From the human T2T-CHM13v2.0 reference genome, Homo sapiens: a stretch of 64,000 nt of DNA. The stretch lies in the NCBI RefSeq assembly GCF_009914755.1, contig NC_060926.1; one strand, 5' to 3'. This document shows positions 1-15,186 of the stretch, one piece after another; the first letter of the stretch is position 1; every line of letters starts with the position of its first letter. The notes beneath the pieces are model-generated. The model ran no database searches, was not told the origin of the DNA, and saw only the letters and a program-made list of their open reading frames with translations. Both the position numbers and the translations under genes were made by a program.

Positions 1-178
1 AAACAAGACACGACTGTGTGCATAACAGGAGGCAAGATGAGCAGTTTTGAGTTCACACCTGAGGTCTTCTCCAAACCCTAGGCCAGCCTGGCATAATTTT
101 GTTCATATTCCTTGTCATTTTGGTTTTGTTTTGAGAAACATGATTGTGCTCATTGCATGAGCTGCTCAATTGCTTAAC

Positions 179-398
179 AAGTGATGTGCCAGTAAGTATT
201 TAACAACTAGCTCTCTGAGAAAAAGGAGCTTATGTGCAGTGTTTTGTCAATGTATGGTCTAAATGTAATGTGGTTTAAATACTCCCACTATGGATGATTT
301 CAAGCTGTCAATGTGATGCCCCTGCACTCAGAGTTGGGAAGAAAGGCTAGCAATCAGCTCTTATGAGTCAGTATGAGCCAACTCCAGCCCACACAGTG
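179..398 (-). mobile_element. MER63-like non-autonomous hAT DNA transposon
   Basis: Degenerate terminal inverted repeats (aagtgatgtgccagtaag ... ctccagcccacacagtg). Internal 'aaatactcccactatgg..gatttcaagctgtcaatgtgatg' matches the recalled MER63 consensus. Confidence 0.6.
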
Positions 399-1004
399 TG
401 AACCGCCAACACACCTTGTCTGTATTGTGCCGGCTTGTGTCTTGGAAGTTGCACCTATCTCCACATTAGAAGATGAATGTCTCGGACTCCTTTCTTTTAT
501 GAGCTTCATATTTATACTCTTCCTTCTGCCAAGAGACATTCTGCCAAGTGTCTTCCTTGCAGCAGAAATTTAGAAAACAACATCAAAAGTAATGAATCGT
601 CTAAGACAGGAAGGTTTGAACTATAAAAACAATGATGTGCAAAACTTACCTAGGTGTTCTGCTATCAAATAAAATAATGGTTATTTTTCCCAGGCCAAAG
701 GAAAAGAAAATTGCTGGATAACCGTTTTTCTGTGGTAAGCATTGAGGGCACCACACATCTGCCTGTTTTTCTGTTTAACAGTGTTCAGCCATTAATTTTG
801 TACTCATGATGACCTCTTCCAAATTAGCTTAGGCCCAGCTTTCTCACCTCTAGTCTTCACTGGAAATCAACAGCAATCCAGGATTTAGAAATGTTTGACT
901 TTCACCTTTATTGATGAATGCTCTAAGTTAGTGTTCTAAATTACCCCCATCCTGGAGTTGGTATTTTGAGATAGGAATAAGGTACAAGATGCAGTAACTG
1001 AAGA

Positions 1005-1140
1005 AGTAGTAAAGCACAGTAGTCAACAGTGCAGACTGCACAATCAGAGTTGAGCAAGAATACTGGACTCATTGTGAATCTGTTCTTGGACAATTACCTC
1101 CTCAGTTTTCTCATCTATGAAATGGAGGTAAGTTAGTAGC
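1005..1140 (+). mobile_element. MIR SINE fragment
   Basis: MIR core motif 'cctcagttttctcatctatgaaatggagg'. Confidence 0.6.
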
Positions 1141-2039
1141 TGCATGTAGCAGGTGACATCTGTGTGCTGACCTGACAGACATTCCCAACTCCTCTTCTCT
1201 CTTGTTGCAATTCACCCCACTGTACTCTACCATCTGAGAAAATTAAATGCATATTTTGCCAAAACTCTTTGCTAAAAAAGGATAACCCTATAACACAATT
1301 GTGGCCGTATCGTAGGAATGAAAGATTTCTGGTCTCTTCTGAGAAATATTTTACTTTGTCTGATAACAGGGACACATGTAGCTGGCAACAACTCTTCCTT
1401 TTTGGATGTAAATGTGATGTCTGGGAAAGCAATAGTAGCCATTTGGTGACCATGGGGTAAGAGGCCCATGGAAAAGGCCATAAGAATCACAGAGAGCCAT
1501 AAAATCACTGCCAGGGAGACTCTCTCCAGATTTCCTGCGATACAGGATGAACACATTGCCTGACAAATAGAAAGGATGGCAATTTTACATGTTTATGAGT
1601 CACTATTCAGTCTGTCATTACTATTTATTACTGTACAGGATTCGTGCCTTCTGCTGTATCGCTCACAGCATGTAGGGCACTGGACTGAGGGCAGCAAGTC
1701 TGCTGTATAGAGGCTTACCATTTGATGCCACAATCCATGCCTTGGAAGAGCTTCTAAGTTTAATAAGGAAACAGATACATGCATGCACAACAATCTGAAG
1801 GCATTTAAAGGCAGTGGTTAACTATATGACCACGTGTTTCAGAGAGGTACTATAGGATTTCTGAAAGAGATCCATGTGGTTGGAATGGTCCAGGGAGACT
1901 TCATGGGGAGGCCTGTCTTAAGACAGGCCCTGAGGGGCAGTGATGAAGTGGGATGTAGGCAATGAAAGCACATACTAACTGGGAATCCCCTGTAGAAATG
2001 GCCGTAGAGCTCTAATAATGTCTGCTTTGGGAGATGCTG

Positions 2040-2460
2040 TTGGTTCCTCTTGATCCCTTCAATCACTCCACTCTCTCGCCAGCCACTGGTCACCTACCCT
2101 CAGCTCCTTTGCGTGTTGGCTGCTAATGGCTCACAGCTGCCCCTTTCTCCAGAGAATCACACTTAGCTATTAGAAGCTGCCTGATTGGGAGTTTGTGGCC
2201 CCTCCCCTATGGACAGCTCACAGCTAATGACTAAGTGATAAAAGTCTGGCTTTTTGCCTAATTGCACTCTGCAATACAATTCACACACAAGAACTCCCCA
2301 TGGGATCAGGCTGAAGTCAGTCTCCAGCTGAGACCACATCTTTGCCTATCTTTGCCCTACTCTGTCATCCTTCCTTCATCCCCTTTCTCCTGAGATCATT
2401 TCCTCAATAAATCATGCAAATCCCTGTCTCAGGCTCTGCTTCTAAGGAACTCTGGTCTAG
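2040..2460 (+). mobile_element. LTR16-type ERVL solo LTR
   Basis: Contains 'ggctcacagctgcccctttctccagagaa' and 'gggatcaggctgaagtcagtctccagctgagaccacatc'. The 3' end 'tcaataaatcatgcaaatccctgtctcaggctctgcttctaaggaac' is typical of LTR16. Confidence 0.7.
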
Positions 2461-4223
2461 CTCATGATAAAATACTCAAGGAATGTTGAATAAATGACTT
2501 ATTGAGGCAACAGTGGTTTCACACACTTGTTTTTTCATTTGTTTATTCCTTCTTCCAATAAACCCATGTTGAGCATCTGTTATTGGTGCACTGTGCAGGC
2601 ATCTATAAGGCAGAGCAAAGACATGACCTGTGCCCTCAACAGACATCATCAGATACAGAATACTGTGTGTTATGGAGAAACAAGACAGGACTAAATGCAC
2701 AGGTTTTTGGAAGCACACAGGCCTGGGATGAATATTACTTTATTGCTATCAATGTTACTGTGAAATAGCTCACTTCTCTAAGCCTCTTTATATCTCTCTG
2801 AAATGTAGTAATAAACCAATTAACTGCATGATTAATAGAATTTAAATGAAATAATGGGTAAAACTTTCTCAGCTCATAGTTGAATCTGAAGTGTGCTGAA
2901 TGTTAGTATTACTACTATAAGTGCTAGGATTACAAGTCTTTACCTTGGGACCCAGGGGAAGAATGACCTACACACAGGAAAGGGACAATGGTGAGAAAAG
3001 GTATGCTTATAGTTATATCTGGTTCCACTTTCTAAATTCTCCTTGAAGCTGACACCTCTAATGATGTCCTAGATGTTATTGAAATTCAACCTGAATCTCT
3101 CTCTATTCCATTGTTACCTACATGCTAAATTTACCAACACAGAATGTCTTCATATTAAGAAGAAAAAGGAAAGAAGGGAAATGAGAGGGAGGATAAGAAA
3201 AGATAAAAAGAGAGAAAAGAAGAGAAAAACATTGTCATCTAACATTGAGTTTATGTCAGACAATTTATCAAAAATTCCCTGGCAGGAATGACCTTTCAGA
3301 ATTGCCTCTGGAATTATTCCTCTCCAGTGGGAAATGGCAATTCAGCAAGCCCAGTCGCAGCTACAGCACATAATAAAATGAGAAACTATCCTAAATAGCT
3401 TATTTGCTGTAAAAGTACATATTTGGAGCACCCTGTGCTATGTGGTTTCACCTTCATCTTGGGTTCCAAATATCCTGGAAGGGCCCTAATAAGAAGACCA
3501 AATGATTTGAATCTCTAGCACAGACATTGGGAGAATTAGTAACTTGGCCTTAACAAGTGCAGTTTTTTCCTCATAACCGCCAAAACAATCATTTTTGATT
3601 CAAATGAATTTTATTCAACAGAAAGTATTATTTAATGGGGCTTCAAATTGTTACTAATGTGTTGTGTAATGGCTTAGGAAACACTTCAGGATTTGTTTTG
3701 TATCAAATATTTACCATGCACTTCTTTCCTGCCAGCCCCTGTGTTGCAGCAGGCTACTAGCTATGAATATGACATGATTTCCATCCTTTAGGAACCCAGT
3801 CATGATAGCGATAAGGAACTCAAGTTGTAAGTACAACACAGTGTAATAACAGCAATATCTGATATAAGTTTTTTATGGAACCACACATGAAGGCCTGGTT
3901 GAACTGACAAATGTAAATGGTATCAAGAAACTTCTGGTAATGACATCCATACACATTGACACACTCAGGGAGGGCTACAGATCAGCAAAGTCACAGCACC
4001 AGTGGGGTCCTCCCTATAGTCCCATGCCCCATATCCTCAGGACAGTGCTCATGACTCTTGTGGGAGTATCTCCTCTCTAGGGGAATCACTCTTTTCCTCT
4101 TGGATTTATCAAGTACCATGTTTCTAACGACATATTTCTCCTTCAGCTTGTACCTGTTTCATTATCAGTATCTCCTAATTAAATCCCTAGTACTTAGGTC
4201 AGTGTCTGGCCCAAAATAGAGGC

Positions 4224-4663
4224 TGCCTTAGTCCATTTATATTGCTATAACAGAATACCTGAAGCTGAGTAATTTATGAGGAAAAGAGGTTTATTTGGCT
4301 CATGATTCTAGTGACTGGAAATTCCAAGGCTGAGCAGCTGCATCTAATGAAGGCCTCATGCTGCTTCCACTCATGGCAGAAAGTAGAACTGAAGTGGGTA
4401 TGTGCAAAGACATCACATGGCATGAAAGGAAGCAAGAGAGAGTTTAGGAATTTAAATTTGCTTCTAAACCAGCTGTCCAATAGTTAATCCAACCTTGCAA
4501 GAGTGAGAACTCACTCCCACAAGATGGCATTCATCTATTCGTGTGGGATCTGTCCCCATGACCCAAACACCTCTCTCTAGGCCCCACCTCCCAACAGTGC
4601 TACATCGGGTATCAAATTTCAACATGAGTTTTGGCAAGGAGAAATCACATCCAAACCATAGCA
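4224..4663 (-). mobile_element. MSTB-type MaLR solo LTR
   Basis: Termini tgccttagtcc ... ccaaaccatagca with a typical MST body. Decayed 5-bp TSD gaggc/gatgc. Confidence 0.85.
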
Positions 4664-5356
4664 GATGCCCAGCAAACCTTTGTTGAATGTGATTGTATTG
4701 AAATAGCATTCCTTTGAGTGGTGCTATCCTAGTGGATCCAGTTGCCTTATGGAACTCAGGGATTTAAGCTTTATATTTATGGATACAAATTAGCTGGAAC
4801 TTATTTCAAAGTGGTGAACTTATTTTACACTGGTGAGGACTTTAAACCAAGTTCTGGGGTCATTACTGATACCCCAAATCAACCACTTACTAGGTATGTG
4901 AATTGGAGCAAGTCACTTAATCTTTCTGAATCTAAGTGGTCTCACTAGCAAAGTCAGGGAGAATGTAGGTTTCCCATTGATAAAATGTTTATTATGATGC
5001 ATACAACAAAATTATGTATGGGAAAGCAGGTGACCCATGTTAAAGTACGAACTCTGATTGCTTCCCTGCTGCTGTTGTTGAAGTTGAAGGGCCGGTGTTT
5101 GAAAGTGGCTTTAGATTCATTGTGTGCAGCACCCAAGGGTTGCTCCAGGACTAATGGGGGAAAGCCCTAGAGGGAAAGATTTCACTAAAAGAAGTAGGGT
5201 TTTAATGGCCAGAGCTGGGTGAGTCTTATGCTCTGCTGGCTCAGGCCAGTATAGATTATAGAAGACACCCAGGAGTGGGAGGCTACTTGGCCTCTGCCAC
5301 CTTGGGGTCCCTGAAAATCCACCTTGATTTTTCCATGGCTGAGTATGCCCTCTTTT

Positions 5357-5417
5357 ATTATACTTTAAGTTTTAGGGTACATGGACACAGGAAGGGGAAC
5401 ATCACACACCGGCTGTG
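5357..5417 (-). mobile_element. Tiny 5'-inverted L1PA insertion (~60 bp)
   Basis: Antisense L1 3' terminus (attatactttaagttttagggtacatg) is joined to sense L1 3'UTR (gacacaggaaggggaacatcacacaccgg). Flanked by the 16-bp direct repeat gagtatgccctctttt at 5341-5356 and 5418-5433. Confidence 0.85.
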
Positions 5418-6059
5418 GAGTATGCCCTCTTTTCTTAGCAAGAGTTGGTGGTGGGGAGGAAAGTGGGCAGCATTTTCTGTTGCCCAAAATATTTCCCCAA
5501 GGGGCCAGTTTCCTGAGAGTGTACTTTGTTTTTTGTGAGCTATTGTATTACTTGCAGCAATCACCAAGCACGTTTGTGATCCTTCACAGAATCTGACAAA
5601 ACATGGACATCCAGTTTGAGAGTCCCAGAATACTAATTTGTAAACCTGTCAGATTTGTCACAGTGGTGAGGAATGGTGTTAAAATTGCTTTCAACATCTT
5701 AATTAGTGGTAGCCTTTTAGAGAAATGCAGTATCTCCAGCTCATTTTTGTTTCTTATTTTTCATTTGTTTTTCCAGAAAAAGATGATTAAAATTTAAATC
5801 GTGAGGATCACCAGAAAACAATGTGCAATTTAGAAATGCTGATGCAAATGTGATTGAGGGTAAGGGGGCTTTCACTTGCTCCAGAATACTAAACAGAGGG
5901 CTCATTCCTGTGTCTCGTGTCCTACGCTTACACTTGACTTTCGAGCCTGGGACCGAGAGGCCCTTTGGAGGAACTGTGGAAGCCTCTGGTATAGTAGAGC
6001 AGTAAGCACCTTTGATCTGGTGTGAAAAACTTCATTCTGAGATGCCTGAAAACAGTAGC

Positions 6060-6250
6060 ACTATAACGGTTGCTATTTACCGGGGACTAACTGTGTACCA
6101 GGCTCTCGGCATTAGTAGATTATGTCTCTTCTGGACTAATTCTACTAACAAACCTATGAGATAAGTATCATTAACATCCAGATGTTACAGACAAAGAAAT
6201 GGAAGCTGTGAGAGGTAATGTGACTCCCCATGATCACACAGCCAGCAAAT
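6060..6250 (-). mobile_element. MIR SINE
   Basis: 'aacaaacctatgagataagtatcattaacatccagatgttacagacaaagaaatggaagctgtgagagg' is an antisense MIR core. Confidence 0.7.
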
Positions 6251-7240
6251 CTTTCTAATTCTGAAATCTGCACTTGTAATGACTATTTCATCTTACCCTT
6301 GGAGTAAAGGGTCTGCATATCTTCACCAGGAAAGCAGTGATGACAGCTGTGCTCCCTGTCTCCTGCAGGATGTGGATGGCCCGGTGCCCACTTACCTTTG
6401 CTGCTTGATCTCTTGCCAGGTCCCTGTGCTCCTTGTCCACACCCAGCAGGCAGTGACCTGCAGAGTGTACTGCATCATACATCTCAGTGTCTGCTGTTAC
6501 TGTTTTCTCTGCCATCTGACAGTTGCCATTCCCGGCACCTGGTAGATGTTTATTTCCCATCAGAAGCTCAGAGCCTTCCTGGATTCCCCATATTGATTTG
6601 TAGATATCTGTTTAGGACCTCCATGACTCACTCCAACTTAGAAGTCCATTTTAGATTTTTTTTTGCTGTTCGTTTGTCTAATCTCACAGAATTTTCCACA
6701 GAGTTCATTGAGAAGGAAATAAAATTAATTTTCATATTGTTGCAGGACCCCTTTCTGAGGCTGGCACATTGCACCATAATACATATTTGATGAGGGAGGA
6801 GGGGAGGGAAGCCTGAGGGAAGCTTTGTCTAAGTTTCTGTCTAGCGACTGCTCTTTCTCTGCAGAATAATCTCCAATAAGGGGAAAAACGCATGGAGAAA
6901 GCAAAACATTAAAACTGCCAGGAAAGCAGAGACTCTTGTCTCCACGTAGCTTGGTTTAGTTCTTTCCTAGGAACTTAGCATTGTGGTTGTGATACCAATC
7001 CAGGTAGTTGTGTATAGCTGTGGTTCTTTGCTCTCATGGCTGTATAATACAGGAATGTATCACCATTTACTTTTTTTTAAACTTGGTAGATACTGCCAGT
7101 GGTGTTCCAAAAGAATTGTGCCAGTTTACACTTCCGGCAACAAAGTATAAGCATTTCAGTTGCTCTGAACTGTGCGAAATATTTTTATTGCCTCTATGTT
7201 TCATTTTAGCTACTCTGGTGGGTGTGTAGAGTTATATCAT

Positions 7241-7783
7241 TGTTTCAGTTAGTGAATGCTGTGTAACAAATGATACAAAAACTTACAGGCTTAAAATCAA
7301 AACCATCTTCCTACATTGTGCAATTACATGGGTCAGCAATCTGATTTGGGTCAGCTGGGGAGTTTCTCTGCTAATCCTTCCAGGGGTCATTTATGCTGCT
7401 CTACTTATCTAAGGGCTAAATTGGTACTGGATAGTTCACCATGGCCACACTCCCAGGTTTGACATTTGGTATTGGTTGCTGGCTCTGCCTCCCTGTCCAT
7501 ATTGCTCTCTTTTCCTTAAGGAGGCTCACCTGGGCATCTTTGCATGGTGACAGCAACATTCCAAGGAGGCACATAACATCACTTCTTTCACATTCTAATG
7601 GTAAAAGCAAGTGGCAAGGCCATTCCAGGTTCAAGAGTTTCTACAGTTTTGTATTTAAATATGTTATATTTGTGGAAATAAATGTTACATTTTTATGGAA
7701 GGAGGGGCAAAAACTCCTTGCAAAGGAACATACCTGCAGAGATATAAATTAATACGGCCATTTTCGCAAACAATATAACCACT
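7241..7783 (-). mobile_element. Old MLT1 (F/G/H-type) MaLR LTR inserted in an L1M
   Basis: Starts 'tgtttcagttagtgaatgctgtgtaacaaa..ggcttaaaa' and contains 'catcacttctttcacattctaatggtaaaagcaagtggcaaggcc'. Confidence 0.6.
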
Positions 7784-8015
7784 ATTGTTGTGATATTGAT
7801 TTGCATTCCCCAGATCATTAATAGATTTTAGCATGTTTTCACAATTTGATGGCCCTTGCATCTGCTATTCTGTGAAGTGATTGTTTAAGTCAGTGAACTC
7901 TTTGAAGGTGTCCATGATATATTTTGGAAAAATGTACTTTATTAGATATATCTATCATATATAATCTCTGCTCTATGTGCTAGTCTTTTCATTCTCCTAA
8001 CAGTGTCCTCTGCTA

Positions 8016-8389
<374 letters not shown>

Positions 8390-9812
8390 TTAAAAAATAT
8401 TTTCCTGACAGAAATTCATGAAGATAAATTTTAAGTTTTATTCTTAAAGTATTATTGTTTTGCTGTTCATATTTGCATAAACAATCCATCTGAAACTGAT
8501 TTTTGTGTAAACTTAGAGGTAGGGATCAAAATTCATTACTTTTTTCTGTATGGTAACCAATTGATTTCATATAATGTATTGAATATAAAAATTTATATAC
8601 ACCACATGAGGGTGCCACCTTTGTCATATAATAGATGACTATATTATGCATCTGTTTCTTGACCCTTTATTTTGTCCATTTCATTTGTCTTTTTCTGCAC
8701 CATTATAAAAAGTGTTATGTATTTTATTTTTATAAGTCTTGACATCTGATATTGCAGAATAATCTTTCTGCTCATCAAGATTGCCTGTTATTTTTGCACT
8801 TTGCATTTTTTAAACATTTTAGCATCAGTGAGTCAATTTTTTGAAACAACTAGCTGGGATTGTGATTGAGATTGCATTGAGTATAACAATTTGGGGAGAA
8901 ATAACATCTTTGCAATATGGGTTTCTCCTGTCAATGAACATGGTGTATCCCTCCATTTATATTGTTATTCTTTAATTTATAGTAACTATATGGATTATAG
9001 CAACAATACTGTGTACTCCTCAATGTGAAGGTACATATTTCATGACATTTATTCTTACTAGATTTTGTAGCTGCAATTTTATTAAGATCATTGTAAATTC
9101 ACATGCAGCTGCAAAAAAAATAATAATATACAGAGATCCTCTGTACGATTTACCAAGTTCCCTTCAATGGTAACATTTGGCAAAAGTATAGTAGTATGTC
9201 AAAACCAGAATACAATCTACTGATCTTATTACTATTTCTCCAGTTTTACTTGTAGTCATTTGTTTGGGTGTGTGCATTTAGTTCTGTACAATTTTATCAT
9301 AATTATAGGATTTTGTATCCACCACCACAGTCGAGATGTTAAACCATTCAATTGCCTCGAGATTCCTTTGCACGGCTCATTTATCACCAAGCACACCTTC
9401 CTCATGCTCACCTTGCTGCCTCCCCTAAGCCCTAGACATAACGTATCTATTCCTCATTTTTTTAAATGCTGTCACTTCACAAAGTTAAATAAAGAGAATC
9501 ACACAGTATGTAACATTTTTGATTTGGCATTTTTGTACTCAGAAAAATTTCATGGAGATTCATCCAGTTGTTGGATGTATCAGTAGTCTATTCCTTTTTA
9601 CTGCTGATCAGTATTTAATGGTATACATGTAACAGTTTGTTTAACCATTGGCCTGTTTAAGAGCATCTTGACTTTCCAGTTCTTGGTGACAACAAATAAA
9701 ACTGCTATGAACATTCACATACTGTTTTTGTGTGTGCATAAGTTTTTATTTCATTTTATTCTCAAGAGAGCTACTGCTGGGTTGTGTGTTAATTGCATGA
9801 TTAATTTTATAA

Positions 9813-10220
<408 letters not shown>

Positions 10221-10810
10221 AGCACCATCACATTTTTTAAAAATTACATATTCTGATCAATTTGTAGTGGTGTCTCATTGTGGTTTTAGTTTGAATTTCC
10301 TTGGTGGCTGATGGTACCAAACATCATTTCCTGGGCTCACTTGCCAGCTGCAGAGCCTCTGGTGAAATTTCTGTTCAGGTATTTTGCTCATTTTCCATAT
10401 TTAACTAGTTGAATTCCTTACACAGTCTAGATATTAGTCCTTTGTCAAATGTATAGTTTGCAAATATTTTCAACCAGGCTATAATTTGTCTTTCTATTCT
10501 CTTCACATGAGCTTTTGCAGAGCAAAAGTTTTTCTTTCTTTTTAATATTAATAATGCCCAACTTACCAAATTTTTCTTCTTTAACCATCTCTAAAAATTG
10601 TACTATTTTATATAGACTATTTAATCCATTTATATTTAATGTATCTGGTTTCTTAACTATCATCTTACTATTTGTTTTTATATTACCTTTTTTATGTTCC
10701 CTTTTATCTTTTTCTAGATTAATCAGATATTTTTATTATTCCTTTTTTAACTTATAATTTATGCATTGTTTTATTTAAGAATTTACCTTAGATATTCTAA
10801 TTTGCACTTT

Positions 10811-12462
10811 AAAAAAAATTCTTCTGAAAAAAACAGGACACATGCAGAACGTGCAGGTTTGTTACACAGGGATACGTGTGCCATTGTTGTTTGCTGCACC
10901 TATTGACCCATCCTCTAAGTCCCCTTCCCTCAACCCCCCACCCCCCAACAGGCCCTGATGAGTGTTGTTCCCCTCCCTGTGTCCATGTGCTCTCAATACT
11001 CAACTCCCACTTATGAGTGAGAACGTGTGGTGTTTGATTTTCTGTTCCTGTGTTAGTTTGCTGAGGATGATGGCTTCCAGCTTCATCCATGTCCCTGCAA
11101 AGGACATTAACTCATTCCTTTTTATGGTTGCATAGTATTCTGTAGTGTAAATGTACCACATTTTATTTATCCAGTCTATCATTGATGGGCATTTGGGTTG
11201 GTTCCATGTCTCTGCTATTGTAAGTAGTGCTGCAGTAAACATACATCTGCATGTGCCTTTGTAGTAGAATGACTTATATTCCTTTGGGTATATACCCAGT
11301 AATGGGATTGCTGGGTCAAATGGTATTTCTAGTTCTAGATCCTTGAGGTATCACCATACTGTCTTCCACAATGGTTCAACTAATTTACATTCCCACCGAT
11401 AGTGTAAAAGCATTCCTCTTTCTCCACAGCCTCACCAGCATCTATTGTTTCCTGACTTTTTCATAATTGCCATTCTGACTGGCACGAGATGGCATCTCAT
11501 TGCGGTTTTGATTTGCATTTCTCTGATGATCAGTGATGTTGAGCTTTTGTTCATGTTTGTTGGCTGCTAAATGTCTTCTTTTGAGAAGTGTCTGTTCATA
11601 TCCTTTGCCCACTTTTTGATGGGGTTGTCTGTTTTTTCTTGTAAATATGTTTAAGTTCCTTGTAGATTCTGGATATTAGACCTTTGTCAGATGGGTAGAT
11701 TGCAAAAATTATCTCCCACTCTGTAGGTTGCCTGTTCACTCTGATGGTAGTTTCTTTTGCTGTGCAGAAGTGCTTTAGTTTAGTTAGATCCCATTTGTCA
11801 ATTTTGGCTTTTGCCGCAATTGCTTTTGGCATTTTTGTCATGAAGTCTTTGTCCATGCCAATGTCCTGAATGGTATTGCTAGGTTCTGAGACCACAGTGC
11901 AATCAAATTAGAACTCAGGATTAAGAAACTCACCCAAAACCATACAAGTTCATGGAAATTGAACAACCTGCTTCTGAATGACTCCTGGGTAAATGTTGAA
12001 ATTAACACAGAAATCAAGAAGTTCTTTGAAACCAATGAGAACAAAGAGACAACATACCAGAATCTCTGGGACATAGCTAAAGCAGTGTTAAGAGGGAAAT
12101 TTACAGCACTAAATGCCCATATCAGAAAGCTGGAAAGATGTCAAATCGACACCCTAACATCACAATTAAAAGAGCTGGAGAGGCAAAAGCAAACCAATCC
12201 AAAAGCTAGCAGAAGACAAGAAATAACTGAGATCAGAGAAGAATTGAAGGAGATAGAGATCAAAAAAACACTCCAAAAAAAAAAAAAAAAAAAAAAACCG
12301 AATCCAGGAGCTGGTTTTTTGAAAAAATAAATAAATAAATAAAAAATAACAAAAGAGAGAGATCACCAGCTAGACTAATAAAGAAGAGAAAGAAGAATTA
12401 AATAGACACAACAAAAAATGGTAAAGGGGATATCACCACTGACCCCACAGAAATACAAACTA
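10811..12462 (-). mobile_element. L1PA8-like element with 5' inversion
   Basis: 10811-~11885 is the antisense 3'UTR and ORF2 C-terminus (ORFs 11000-11242, 11596-11895). ~11886-12462 is a sense ORF2 N-terminal piece ([11 protein letters not shown]...). TSD core tctaatttgca lies at 10796-10806 and 12463-12473. Confidence 0.9.
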
Positions 12463-13713
12463 TCTAATTTGCATTCTTTTTCTGCATAACAAAAAATATT
12501 GATTTTATATTTTCTCCAGTAATTCTAAAACCTCAGAACAATTTACTTGCATTCTTCAGGGCCTATTTTTGTGCTATTGTTCCCCTGAATTTTAATTCTG
12601 CCTGCATTATAAACTCTATGTCACATTGCTATTATTGTTGGTGCAGAATATGTTCCACCAACATCAATATACATCAATATTTTCTTACATATACACTTCT
12701 TTCAGTGGCTTTTTTTCCTGCAATTCTATGTTTCCCTGTGGGGTCATATACTTGTGCTTTAAAAAAATCTTTTTTTTTTTTTTTTTTGATAGAGGTCTGT
12801 TGGTAAGATATTCTTTCAGTTTTTCACATCATTTAACTGATAGAAGAGATTTTCTCATAATGAAACCAATTCATTTTTAGCTATCACTTTACTTCTAGCA
12901 TGTGTGCAAAAATACTGGAATTAAAAAATTAGATTATTTTGAAAAACAAGTTAATCAGTCTAAATGAAAAATTGTGCTTTCTCGAGTGAAATGCAAATGT
13001 TCCTTCTGCAGATACTTTTAAAAAGACATTATCTTTGGGTGCAGTCTTCTTAAAATAACCACTAACTTTTGAAATAGATACTGACACATCTTCTGCAGAC
13101 ATGTCTTCTGGTTTCTAAATGGTCATTAATAACACTTTGGCTCTAATGATTATTATGTCGGCATTTTGTGCATGCTTGTTAACATTCTTGAAACACTAAT
13201 TTATGTGCTGACTTTGTCATCAAACATTTAACGTGTTGAGCTCACTGCTGCTAAAAGTGTTTATTAAAATTTTTTGAAAATATTACCAAACAATATTATT
13301 AATAAGTATATTTACAGGATGAAAAAAAGAAGTAAAAGCATTGAGACCACTCTTAGAGCCTCAATGGAAAGGCTCTTCAGTGTCTATTTATTTTTATCAT
13401 TACTTTTCAGATGCACTCAACCACAGATCCTACTGACATGAAGGTTTATGCACCTTGAGGACTGCTGAACACTGACACAGCTAGCTGGTGCATCTAAGAG
13501 ACTGGCTAGGGCAGCAGCTTTGAATACTTCTCCAACTACCACAGAGACTGCAAGGCATCCATTCAGCCACAACTCATTTTATCAGCAAGCCTTCTGCAAG
13601 CCGGTCCCAAAAAGAGAAATGAGCTGTGGCCTGGAAAGGGTGAGAATGAAGGGACACGGGTTGCTGCCGGTGGTTTCAGTTTTAATCGTGTTCTACATTG
13701 GAAAACTGTGTTT

Positions 13714-13718
<5 letters not shown>

Positions 13719-13762
<44 letters not shown>

Positions 13763-13807
13763 TTATATACATATATATATCTTTATATACATATACATAT
13801 ATATATA
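13719..13807. repeat. (TA)n microsatellite, imperfect, at the Alu tail
   Basis: Directly visible TA run with interruptions. Confidence 0.95.

Positions 13808-15186
<1,379 letters not shown>

Noticed and set aside
12830-13710. Possible hAT-type DNA transposon remnant (may continue at 15190-15430)
   Set aside because: The texture is suggestive, but I could not identify TIRs, a TSD or a transposase motif. It needs a Dfam search.
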